A stretch of DNA of 63,643 nucleotides, counting the filler, from Reclinomonas americana ATCC 50394 (lineage: Eukaryota), in the NCBI GenBank assembly GCA_048213135.1. It is 10 parts of 10 records of this genome, joined end to end, with 100 filler letters (N's around TTAATTAATTAA, not from the genome) between each part and the next. Parts side by side here need not be neighbours in the genome. Positions count along the whole stretch, not along the records: positions 15,662 to 43,297 come from AFZH01020195.1; positions 43,398 to 48,153 come from AFZH01020196.1; positions 48,254 to 52,157 come from AFZH01020197.1; 7 more parts are not named here. The stretch is one strand, 5' to 3'. The translations under genes and the position numbers were made by a program. Below are positions 40,201-51,123 of the stretch, one piece after another. Within the stretch, counting starts at the first letter, position 1. Each line of letters starts with the position of its first letter. The notes under the pieces were generated by a model. The model did not search any database, had not been told where the DNA came from, and was given only the letters and a program-made list of their open reading frames with translations.

Positions 40201-43200
40201 GGGTTGAGGAAATATATAATGAAATGCAGCAGCTCAAACCACTTGGTCGCACAACGCACACTGATGACGGAAAGCCACCTTGGTCCAGTACTGCAGACGG
40301 CAAGCACACGATGAGCGGCGAATACGACGACGACGAGCGCATGATCAGATTGAATGCAACTCATGGTTAGTACACGCATCTGGTCCCGTGACACGACAGC
40401 AATCGGTTTTGCGAGATGCTAACGATTGCGTCGACATGAGTTAGACAAGAAAATAGAAGAGATTGCAATTTGCCGGCTCGGACAGACACAAAACTGCATC
40501 AGCGGAGGCGTGTACAAGCGTCATGAATGTGTCATTGACGTCAGACTTGAAATCTGAGCTTGCGTGCGACACATCGACATCCTCACTGGAGCCAAGGGGT
40601 GAGCGGAGAGAAACGCGGAGGAGCTATTGAGGACGCTAAAATGAGACGCAACAGCACATTTCTCACAACAGTCTCAAACATGCGACGCATGTCCGCGCGC
40701 AGCCGGTCGAAAATTGGCAAGTTCGCCAAGAGGTCGAGCGAGACAAATGTCAGCACGTTGGTAAGCTGTCGCATCTGTCCACGAAAAGAGAAATGTTAGT
40801 ACACCACAACAAATCGCCGGGCACGAATCAACGGTAGTTACATAACTCGCGCTGGTGAAAGATCACGATCGCGAATCGCTCGCTCACGTGGACGCGCGGA
40901 GTCTACGCATAATTGCGTCAGTCACCTCGACAAATACACAAAAGAATGGGTCAGCGAGCCACAATGCCTTCCAGATAATGATGCAAGAGGAGTGCCAACT
41001 GTGCAGCAGATTCACGCGGTGCAAACGTGTGAACACTGGCGGTGAGTGCGTCAAAAAAGCGTGTCACCGCACTCCGCTCGTCCCGACGATGAAGCTGCCA
41101 CTGCGCCAATGGCTTAAAATAAGGGCAATAATCTGAAGAACGTTCATCTCTTGAGTACACGTACCAGCATGGCATACCGCCGGTGCGGCACGCCATCAAA
41201 AGCCACAGTCGATGGAATCACGTGTACAATCTGACCGGAGAAGCCACAACGATACTCGGCAACCGCATCTGGTGTCGTGATGTCGACTACACAGACGATT
41301 CGCTCTCGGTTGGCCTGGCAGGGCGATTTTTAGTGCTCTGCACTGGTGAAAAACAGACACAGAGAAGCTCACCGAAGCGTGAATGTAGAGATGAGTAGGT
41401 GCGAGGTACACATCCTGGTCACGAGCAGTTCTCGGAGCCGAGCGCAAGAGGTCTTCCAGCTCCTGCCCGCGGGTATCATTCTCCACCAGCTCAAATACTG
41501 GAGTACCATCCTCAGTGTAGTCGATGGGCTGCGGCGAGTACGCGTACTTGACAGACAGCAAGAACCCAATCTGCATGGAGACCAGCGTGTCAGTTGACAC
41601 AGAGTAGAGTACATGAAGAGGATGCAGACGGGTGTGACTGCAACAAATCCAAAGTGCGTGCAACAGACGCCAGCAGAACAAACCTCAAACATGGTGACAA
41701 GGCGATTCCGCGAATCCGTTGGCTACGTACACAGATACGTACACAAATAGCGGGACACTGTTGAGATTGTATCCACCTTTTTGCAAGGCGGGAAACATCC
41801 AGAGAGCCTGCACGCAACGAAATCAACCAAGTGTGTCTTGAGCAACTTTTCCGAGTCGCGGACAAGTGCGACGGTGCCAATCAGGCGAGGAAACACATGA
41901 ACTCGGCAGATGGTGTCCAGTCGGTGACTGGCCCGGATAACATCGGCAGCATACTCGTAGCAGAGCGATGTGAACCAGCTCCGTGCAACGAGCTCTTCCA
42001 TGTCATCAGCAAGAGTTCCTCCGGATCCCAACTCCATATTGAACAGACGACTGATTTGCCGCCACTGCAAAACAATCCACGCACACAACGTCAGACACCT
42101 ACACACTCCAGGCAGTGAACGGCTTTCTGACAAACCTCATTGAGCGTACGGTTCTCCACCAGCTCCAAATTGCAGGAATGGGCAGTTCGCCGATCAGGGG
42201 CCGACAGGAGCTGTCGACAGAGCTGAAGTCGGTAGTTTGCATCTTGGCGCTGCCCCTGAACGATTGCTTGACCACCGCCCAGCCGAGAATGGACGAGAGC
42301 CGGCAACGCAAGATCGAACTGTCGCCGCTGCTCGTCATTCCAACGGCGGAATGGAGTGCGCATCTGCGACCACAAGTCCTTCAGCATGTCGACAAAGTCC
42401 TCGGGGCCATGGAGTTGGACTAGTTCAACAAAGCGGCGCAGCGCAATCTCGGCATCCTGCCGGCCAGAAGGATCTGCTGGCGGTGGCACACATGCTTGTT
42501 GCAACAGTTGCAAGAACGTGGCATCATTGACATCGGTTGGACCCTGCGATGTCATCAACTGCAGACGATGCTCGAGTCTCCACTGCACACAAAAGAAAGT
42601 GAGTGACGGAGTATAAGCAGCAAAACCTCACAACATGAACAAGCATGCGACGAGACCTCTTCCGCGACGGTTTTGTCAACTCTACTCAACCTACACTCGC
42701 ACAACACAACAAGTAGCGGTCAGCAGAAAGCTGTCAATGTCAAAGCGTCAACTCAGGAGGCGGTGGTGTAACCGACCTGCGCTCAGGCGGCAGAATGGAA
42801 ACGAGAAAGCGAAGGTGCGATCGCACTCGCACCACGTCAACAATTGGCGTCAGTTCCATGTCAAGCACATCAGGCGTCGTGTCACTTGAGGTGGACAGCT
42901 CGATCAGATGGAGCAGAGTGACGAACGGTGCACTCTCGTAGTGCCGCTGGAATCCACGGGAGAATTCTTGCAGGGGAGCCTCACTCGCCAACTGCGATGT
43001 TTGGGTTAGCGAGGGCAGGCAGCACAACTGCAACAGCAAAGGTGCCTCACCACATGCTTGTCGGCCTCAAGCTCTCGCAACATGGCCACAGCGAACGACA
43101 AATCTGACCGAGCCATGCGCTCGTCTAGAATGCGGATGAATCTCACCGCTCGTCGACCATTGATCATGTCAGGTTGCTGCAAGTGCACAGTGAGGAAGAG

Positions 43201-44042
43201 AATGCGAGTGAGAGAGAGAGAGAGGAGGGAGAGAGAGAGAGAGAGAGACTCGACCCTCGCCGTTCTTCGCGCAGTGGGCATCAACCGAAACCCGGCANNN
43301 NNNNNNNNNNNNNNNNNNNNNNNNNNNNNNNNNNNNNNNNNTTAATTAATTAANNNNNNNNNNNNNNNNNNNNNNNNNNNNNNNNNNNNNNNNNNNNCTG
43401 ACCCTGCCGTCTTCGCGCATGGGCATCACAAACCCGGCAGCCACCTGTGTGCCGAATGAGACATTGGGGGACGACGAATGCACGGCAATTCATCATCTGA
43501 CAACAAGGTACGCACCAGTTCCTGTCGCAGCAAGTCGGGACTGACATCACACAAAGAGGGTGAGCTTGTGTGTGCGGCAAACAGCAGCGACGAAGAGAAG
43601 CAGAGCACGCGCAGGACAAACACAAGCATGCAACACGAAACGTCATGTCGTCGGTAGGGGGCATAAGGTCGACATGCTCCCAGGATCCGTCATCTGAAGC
43701 AACGGCGTTGGCACGATGGACAGGCAACGGCCGTGCTGGCTCTGCCGGATTGCGACCGTGAACCTGCTGTGGTTGCTGCGGTTGCCGCAGCGGCTGCAGC
43801 TGCGCGTGCTGCACAGGCTGGCGACCGTTGCCATGTGCAACGTCTGCACGTACGGGGGCACTCGGCGCAAAAGATGCTGCTGCTGATGCAGATGAGTGGT
43901 CCGGAAATGCCGGTTGATCGTATCCGTCCCAGTCGGCAAGTGGGTCTCGACCGCGCTGACGTCCGGGGGGAGCGCCGGGATTCACAGAATAGCTGCGCCT
44001 TAGCGCTCCAGGCTGCTTGGGCTTCGACGATTTGTTGCCCAT
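24386..44042 (-). CDS. Giant multi-exon protein (estimated 4,000-5,000 aa): myristoylation motif, long helical region, AAA+ NTPase, GATase-like domain, C-terminal vWA
   Basis: Unbroken chain of minus-strand exons with short introns from MGNKSS (ATG at 44042) to GQQQAP* (24386). Motifs: TPPGAGKT, LLIVDEFHL|MTE and VVLIAN; NDLGRDG...GGGLLICADN.PY...GRIVFDSG; LDIV|LLLDESGS, GGTNF and VVLMT|DG. Not every splice phase was verified. Confidence 0.65.
29890..30460 (-). other. AAA+/P-loop NTPase domain of the giant gene
   Basis: Walker A FLIITPPGAGKT (~30418-30450), Walker B LLIVDEFH (~30055-30081), sensor-1-like RVVLIAN (~29896-29913). Confidence 0.8.
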
Positions 44043-44301
44043 ACAACAACGAGCAGACGCCGAGCGCGTGCGCTCAACAACGAGCAGAAATTTGAAATGC
44101 CGGGTTTCGTGATCACTGCGAGCAGTCGTCATGTCACGTGTCGTCAGAGATCACGACAGCAAACCCGGCGGCATCACCGACGGATGCTGTACATACAGCC
44201 AAAAACGTGCGTCGCAAGAGGAGTAGAACCCAGACGCATGGAATGCAACAAAGGACTGCATTCATCGTGAACTTCTCAAGTATATGAAACCCCTTCCATC
44301 C

Positions 44302-47300
44302 TCACTTCCCCGACGCATTCGCCGGCCGCGGTCGAATCACCGTCGGCGGCAACGCCATACGAGCCACGTGCGTCGACAAATCCTGCTGTGTCAGCATCGA
44401 CGGCTGTGGACGCCGCCTGCGTGTTCGGAACTCAATCATGATGTCCCCCTCCGAGGCGATATCCGGACTCCCGGATCTCGACAATTCCTGCGCAAAATGT
44501 CAGCTACTTCACGCACCCTGCTGCGTACCAGAACGCATGCACTCACCTCGGAAGTCGGAACCGCCGAGAATGGCCGCGGAACGTGTGGCATGGAGAAATC
44601 CGGTCGCATGAGCGGCTGCGGAGGGACCGAGCCGACAAACGGCAGTGGGGGCAACGGCCGCTGCGATACATGCATGTCGTCGACATCGCTGGCCACTTCA
44701 GCGGCGGCGACAGGCGGCGGTGGTCGTCGCGCTGCAGCTGAGTTGACAGTTGTACTCGGCTGCGCATGCACTGGACTACTTATCGAGCTCGACGACACCG
44801 ACGACGACTGCGTGCGTCGGTGCACTTTGTTGGGAGACAATTTCATAAGCACGCGCACGCGCAAAAAGCATTGAGCGTACCTGTTGCGAGGCTCGTGTGG
44901 GGGGTGGTGGCAGTGGAGCGCGCGCACGAGAAGCCGACAGCCGTGCAGCAAACAGCTCGACTGCGGCGGCCGTCAGTGGCGGACGTCCCACGCCCGACGC
45001 CCCACTCTCCGTGGACGGGCGTGTCAAGGTCGACTCGACAGCAGAACTCGGCTGCGCACAGCTGCATGTCAGAAAAAATATCCTCTGCGAGCACAATGAT
45101 GCGCAACAACACTCACCGTGCTTGATGAAGATGACTGTGCCGACGACTGAGAGTGAGGAGGCAGAGAGACGAGTGTGAGTCAATGTGACAACACCAGCAA
45201 GCAACCGAGGTCGAAAAACGCAAGACGCACCGGGTGTGGAACGCGCGAGGGCGGTGGTGGCAGCGGAGCAAGTGCGCGCGATGCAGACAACCGTGCAGCA
45301 AATAGCTCGACCGCGGCGGCAGTGATCATGAGCGGCGGACGTACCGCGCCAGAAGGTCCATGAGCAATGCCATTCTCAGATGATGGGCGTGCGCTAGGGT
45401 CCACACCAGAACTCGGCTGTAATCGCTGCACGTGAGTACATGTCCACTTCTGCGAAGCATGAGTGTCGTCGATTCACACTCACCGTACTCGCCGACGACG
45501 ACGACTGTGACGATGACGATGCCTGTGGGAGACAGGCACTCGGTGAGTGATACACTCTCAAATACCACTTAAAACATACATACCGGGTGCGCGACTCGCG
45601 AGGGTGGTGGAGGCAGTGGTGCGAGAGCTCGGGATGCAGACAACCGCGCAGCAAACATCTCAGCCGCGGCGGCAGTAAGCAACGGACCAGGCGCGCCGTC
45701 GCGAACGCCACTCTCTGAGGAGGGGCGAGCGGCCGCTGCTGGCGGGCCACGCGGAAGGACGATATGTCGAAGAGAACTCAGCGACGGAATCGCGTGTGGC
45801 ACGGGCACCAGGCGCATCGAAGATGCACTTTCCTCCATCGCAGAAGCAGCTCTGGTCGAGTTTCGACGCGGATGCGGCGGCAAGGGAGGCAACGACAGCG
45901 TGCTCGGGAACATCAAGACCGAAGGAGACAACACTCCTCGGCCACCGCTGTCTTGCTGAGCGACGCAGGCCGGATTCGCTGGGCGAATCGTCAGCGGAAG
46001 CGGAACGACCGGCAGGCCAGCGATGGTGCTGGAGAGCATGGAACTGGGAGTTGGTGCCTCATTCCGCACTGTGTGATGCACGTGAGGACCGAGCACCACT
46101 GACGGCACAACAATGCGCCCCACGGTGGCCAAACCATCCATTGGCTCCACCACTGCCGCGTCTGCGTCGGGCATTGTCAGTGTCGTGACGAGCTTCGGCT
46201 CCACTCGTTCCTCATCAGTAGCCGGTGGCGTCGACGACCACCACAGATCGGGAGACACGACAAACTGCCAGAAAGTAACGGCAACAGGCTGCAGCTGCTC
46301 GTCCTTGCATCGACGACGCCACCGCCGGCGAGCAGCGCACAGGAGACAGCAGCAGCAACAGAACACCAACAGAGCAGCCAGTAGCAGCGATACCAGTACC
46401 AGCAAAGCAATGATTGCTGCAGACACCCCCCCAGCCGCAGTCGATGTCACAACCGGCGATGCTAGACACGGAGAAGAAAAAAGTTAGCCAAATACGCTGC
46501 ACAGCACGAATGAACGTGCACACGAACCAAAGTAAAATGAGGACGACGAGTACAGCGCGTAGTCCGTCACATTGACGCCAAGCGGGATAACGTATGCGTC
46601 AAAGGTGTCGCCATCGTGCACCAACGGGTCGCCGGCTGTCGAATTGAGGGAGCTGGCGATAAAGCTCACAGAATTGGTGGTATACTGTTGATCTTGAGCC
46701 GACGAACTGCAGCGGCCGTAGACCACATCGCGCAGTGTATAAGTCTCGACCGCCGCCGAGTCGCTCGTCTGCTTGCGCAACTGCAGGTGACATACGATGA
46801 TTACGAGTCAGCGACGACAAGTTCGACACACACACACACGCAGGGCTGCCATACAATGCCTCACCAGAACAGTGAACGCCTGCTGTCCGTTCGGGGCATC
46901 ACACTCCCAAGTCACTGTACTGTTGCCATAGAGCGGCAGCTGCAGCTGGAATTCTCGCGTAGACCCAGAAATGATGGAGCGGACCGATGGGACTGCACAA
47001 CGAGGTAAGTATGGATGAAAATGCCGCACACCGACTCCGGTGACCGGGATCTCGAGGACGCACATCTCACAGTAAATGACTCGGATCGGCCAACAATTCG
47101 CTCGTCAAACGATCCCTGTCTCGTGCTGTCCGCCACAAAGAAGGTGACGGGAATGTTGCTGTCGATCTGGTTTCGCAGAGATCTCAGCGTGGGGGCCACT
47201 GACAGCGAGACTTGAGAGGCAGGAATGTTTCGAGCAGACACCGCAATGAGACGATCCTCGGCAACTGCAGCGACAAGCGCACACGAGTCAGCTTGTCATA

Positions 47301-48153
47301 GAACCGCAGGTATAGACTATAAGAGGACGAGAGCGATTCAGTTACCGTTCCAAAGCTCGACATCCACAAGAGTCACCGACAGCGGTGCACGCCAGGTAAC
47401 CGACGTCGCAGTATGACCGTACACGCTGTACACAGCGGTCTCCACCGGCGACGCGGCAGCCACCGTGGGAACAAGCTTGACAACAGGGGCTAATCCACGA
47501 AACACATACACAAAAGGATAAGCAAACGACAAGAGTAGAGAGCCCGTGAGCAAGCACACCTTGGTTGATGGTCAACGTCACGACCAGCACACCACCGTGG
47601 ATATCGTCAACAGACACATCGATGACAAAGCCTCGACCAGTCAGGTTGTCGACATTGCTGAAGAGAGCCGCTCCGGAAATGAAAAACTCGCTCTGTGGAG
47701 CGACTTGAAGTGAGACAAGTATCAGCACAGCGGTACGAGCACTCGACATACCCGATTTGCGCCACCCACGATGCTGAAAATGTGAGACTGACAACAATTT
47801 TCGTCCACAGCCGACAGCTCGCCAACGAACTCGCCACGTCCCAGTGCCAAGCTGAATTCATCAGGTGTGATTCTGATGCTGGTCGGCGGCACATTTGCTA
47901 CGACAGAAAATTCTGGTGAGTGACACGACGACCGACGGAACAAAAAAAAAAAAAAAAAAACACAGTAATATGCATGCACGAAACCTTCATCGACAATGAA
48001 AGAGTTGGATGCCACAGCCAACTCCTGTCCGTCACAAAAGGCACCGACATCGACCTGCAAGCCGTTGCCACGCTGACCGGCCAACTGAAGAGAGAGTGCG
48101 TGGCCAACAACAACAAACAGTGAACTGTCGACGCCGCCGACGACGTCAAACTT
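44302..48153 (-). CDS. Single-pass membrane protein with cadherin-like/Ig-like ectodomain, Cys-rich juxtamembrane segment and repeated Pro-rich cytoplasmic tail; 5' partial
   Basis: NVPPTSIRIT...G.FVGELSAVDEN..QSHIFSIVGG|..FFISG..L...IDVSVDDIHGG..VVTLTIN fits the cadherin repeat pattern; TM AAIIALLVLVSLLLAALLVF followed by CCCCCLLC and RRRWRRR. Confidence 0.75.
44880..45725 (-). repeat. Threefold tandem duplication (~350 bp period) of an exon-intron-exon module in the receptor tail
   Basis: RPS(S/T)E.G...TAAA(A/V)E(M/L)FAARLSASRA(L/R)APLPPPP at ~45590-45725, ~45230-45390 and ~44880-45018. Confidence 0.9.
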
Positions 48154-48315
48154 NNNNNNNNNNNNNNNNNNNNNNNNNNNNNNNNNNNNNNNNNNNNTTA
48201 ATTAATTAANNNNNNNNNNNNNNNNNNNNNNNNNNNNNNNNNNNNNNNNNNNNAGAGAGAGAGAGAGAGAGAGAGAGACAGTGCAGGTTTCTCATCGATC
48301 GTCTCGCTTGTGCAG

Positions 48316-51032
48316 AGGTGCCCCCTGAGAAGCCCGAGGCCATTGTCATTGTGAGTCCACACTGGCAGACAAGGTAATGGACTTGCTGAATGCACACTCT
48401 CTGTCTTCACTCTTTCTCACTCTTGATTCGTCCGCTGTCTTTCACAGATCTTCATTGTATGTTTCATCGCCGGCCAAGTGGAATACGTTCTACGACTTTG
48501 GATTCCCGCTGCCGCACTTGTATCAGCTCAAGTATGAGCCGCCGGGAGGATCGCCCGAGTTGGTGCAGGAGATTGGTGAGGGAGCATCATATCTCTGCGC
48601 GTCTGTCTCTCTCCCCGCAAGACAGCGGAAGTTTGTCTGCTCCTCTTCTGATGCATTGCTCGTCAACACTGCCTTTGCGACTCTCCCTGTCTCGGCAATC
48701 TTGCCTCTCTCCTCTCAGGTTGTCTTCTCCTCTGTCGCCCAATCGCTGCTGCTACCCTCAGGTTTTATTTTCTCTATTTCTCTGTTTCGCCTCCATCCTC
48801 TCAAGACCGCCGAAGCTGCATTGTTGTTCTCGGTTCCTGTGACTGCTCACTCTATCGCTTGCCTTGTTCTTATCCCGATCCCCCTCAAGTCAACACTGCC
48901 TCTGTGGTCCTTTGTGATTCTCGATGACTCTGCGCACTCGCCTCACTCCTCTCGAGTTGTCTGCTCCTCTTCTGATGAATTGCCGTCCTCTGCTGCTTGC
49001 CGTGTTCTTATCGATCTCCCTCTGGTCAACACGCTCCAGTCGCTTCTTCCGTTGTTCTTTGTAATTCCGCTTTGTGCTCCTCTTCTGATTCACACTCAGT
49101 CGCCTGTCTTTCTTGTCGTCCCTTCTCAGGCCAACAGTGCTTCTGTGGTCTTCCCTCAAGCCTCACCGCTGAAGTTTTCTGTTCCTTCTTTGATCCATTG
49201 CTGTTCTCGCACGCTCTCATGTCGGTTCTACGTCTGCCATCCTTCCTCAGTTGCCTCGTCATTCACGGCCTCTCCAGCCCATTGCTTGTTTAATCGCGCT
49301 CTGTTGTGTGCCTTCTTCATTGGCGCACTCTCTCGTTTGCCGCTGTCTTCAGTGCCTTGCACTTTCCCTCGTCGCTGATCCATTTGTTTGTCGTTTCTCA
49401 CATCTCCTCCCTCTCCTTCTTCTCCTCAGTCTTCGCACGCTTCGCTCTTCCTTTCTTGTTTTCTCACACCCCATCCTTCTCCTCGTCGCAGTGTCCCTCC
49501 TCTCCGCCGACTTTGGCAAAGAGCTGCGCGTGGAGGCCAAGAACCGCAAGGAGGGCCTCGATCACGGAGCCTGGGGACCCCTCTATGCCGCCTTCCCCGG
49601 CGCCACGGTCCCCGTGATTCAGGTGCGCCTGAACTGCTGCATCCTCGCGAACCACGCCCTTCTCATCTTGGTACAGATTTCGATGGACGCCAGCGACGAC
49701 CCTCGCACGCAGCTGCAAGTCGGACGCTCACTGGCACAGCTTCGCAAGAAGCACCCAGAACTGCTGCTGATCGGCAGCGGTGCCGTTACGCACAACCTGC
49801 GGTTTGTCGATCACTCAAGCAGTGTTTCCTCTCTTCACTGCATTCTCATCTTCCCGCCTTCTGTTCTCTATGCTCTCTCTCTATGTCGTACTTTCCCATC
49901 CTCTTCTCCCCTTCCTCCTCTCCTCGCTCTTTCTCTTTCGACGTCAGTCCTTCTCCCTCCCCCTCCTATTTCACTCCCTCTCTCGCTCTCTCCAAGTCTC
50001 TTTCGTTTCTTTCATCTTCACCTCCGCGTTTCCGTCACTTCTTTCTCGCGCGCCCCACCTCTTCTCCCCCTCCCTTCTCTCTTGTCTTTCTCTTTCATCT
50101 TCAGTCCTTCGCCCTCCCCCTGCACTCTTCCCCCTTCCTCTTTCAGTCTCTCTCTCTGTCTTTCGTTTCTTTTCATCTTCACCTCCCCGTTTCCGTCACT
50201 TCTTTCTTTCGCGCCCCACCTCACTTCTCCTCTCTCGTTCTCTCTTGTCTTGCTCTTTCATCTTCAGTCCTTCTCCCTCCTCAGTTCTCTTTTCCTCTCC
50301 CCCTCCCCTTGTGTCTCTCAGTCTCTTTTCTTTTTCATGCTCACTCCCTCCCTCACTTCTCTCTCGCGTTATCGCATTCTCTTCTCTTCCCCCTCCCATT
50401 CCTTCTCTCCTCGCTCTTTTTCTTCCCCTCCTCGTTCACTCACTCTCTCTCTCTCTCTCTCTCTCGGCTCTCTCATTCCTTTTCGTCTTCACCTCCCTTC
50501 TCCCTTCCCTTCTCCCTCCCCTCCCCTCACTTCCCCCTCCCCCTTTCCTTCTCCCTCCCCCTCCCCTCCCCAGTGAGGGCTTCACGGGCATGGACATGGA
50601 CGTCATGTACGAGGCCGGTGCGAGCACCACGCTCCCCGTCTCCTTCTTCCCGGTGCTGGAGCCGGCGGACTGGGCGCTCGAGTTCATCGACACGGTGGTG
50701 AACAGTCTGCGCAAGGTCGCCGACCCGACGCAGGATGCCGACAAGACTCTGCAACAGAAGCAGGAGGCCGCCATCACCACCATCTTCTCCGACCGCATGC
50801 TGCTCCGTCGTGCGCACCCGACCGTGGAACACCTGAATCCGCTGTTCTTTGCGCTCGGAGCGGCCTCGGACGAGGATACGTCGCCGGTGAGTGAGTTTTG
50901 GCGGTGCACGTCCACACGCCGCACTCGATTTGCTCACCGTTCTCCATCACACAGCACTCGGTGGCATTCCACGAGATCAGTCGGTCGATTCTCGGGTCCA
51001 ACCTGGGCATGGATATCTACGCCTTTGGATAA
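48316..51032 (+). CDS. LigB-family extradiol ring-cleavage dioxygenase (4,5-DOPA dioxygenase/YgiD-like); 5' partial
   Basis: KPEAIVIVSPHW, YDFGFP..LYQLKYEPPG.PEL, GLDHGAWGPL..AFP.A.VPVIQ|ISM, LLIGSGAVTHNL, AHPTVEHL.PL..ALGAA, GMDIYAFG*. Confidence 0.93.
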
Positions 51033-51123
51033 AAGAAAAGAGATGACTGAGCAATGTACAGTTCTCAGTAGTTCGTGCTTGTTTTTATCGCGCCTCCTCC
51101 TCCTCCTCCCGATCGCCGCCTAT

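Noticed and set aside
24386..44042. Giant gene as midasin (MDN1) or VWA8
   Set aside because: Only one intact Walker pair, no long D/E-rich tail and no recognisable MoxR-type repeats; it also has the extra GATase-like domain and myristoylation motif.
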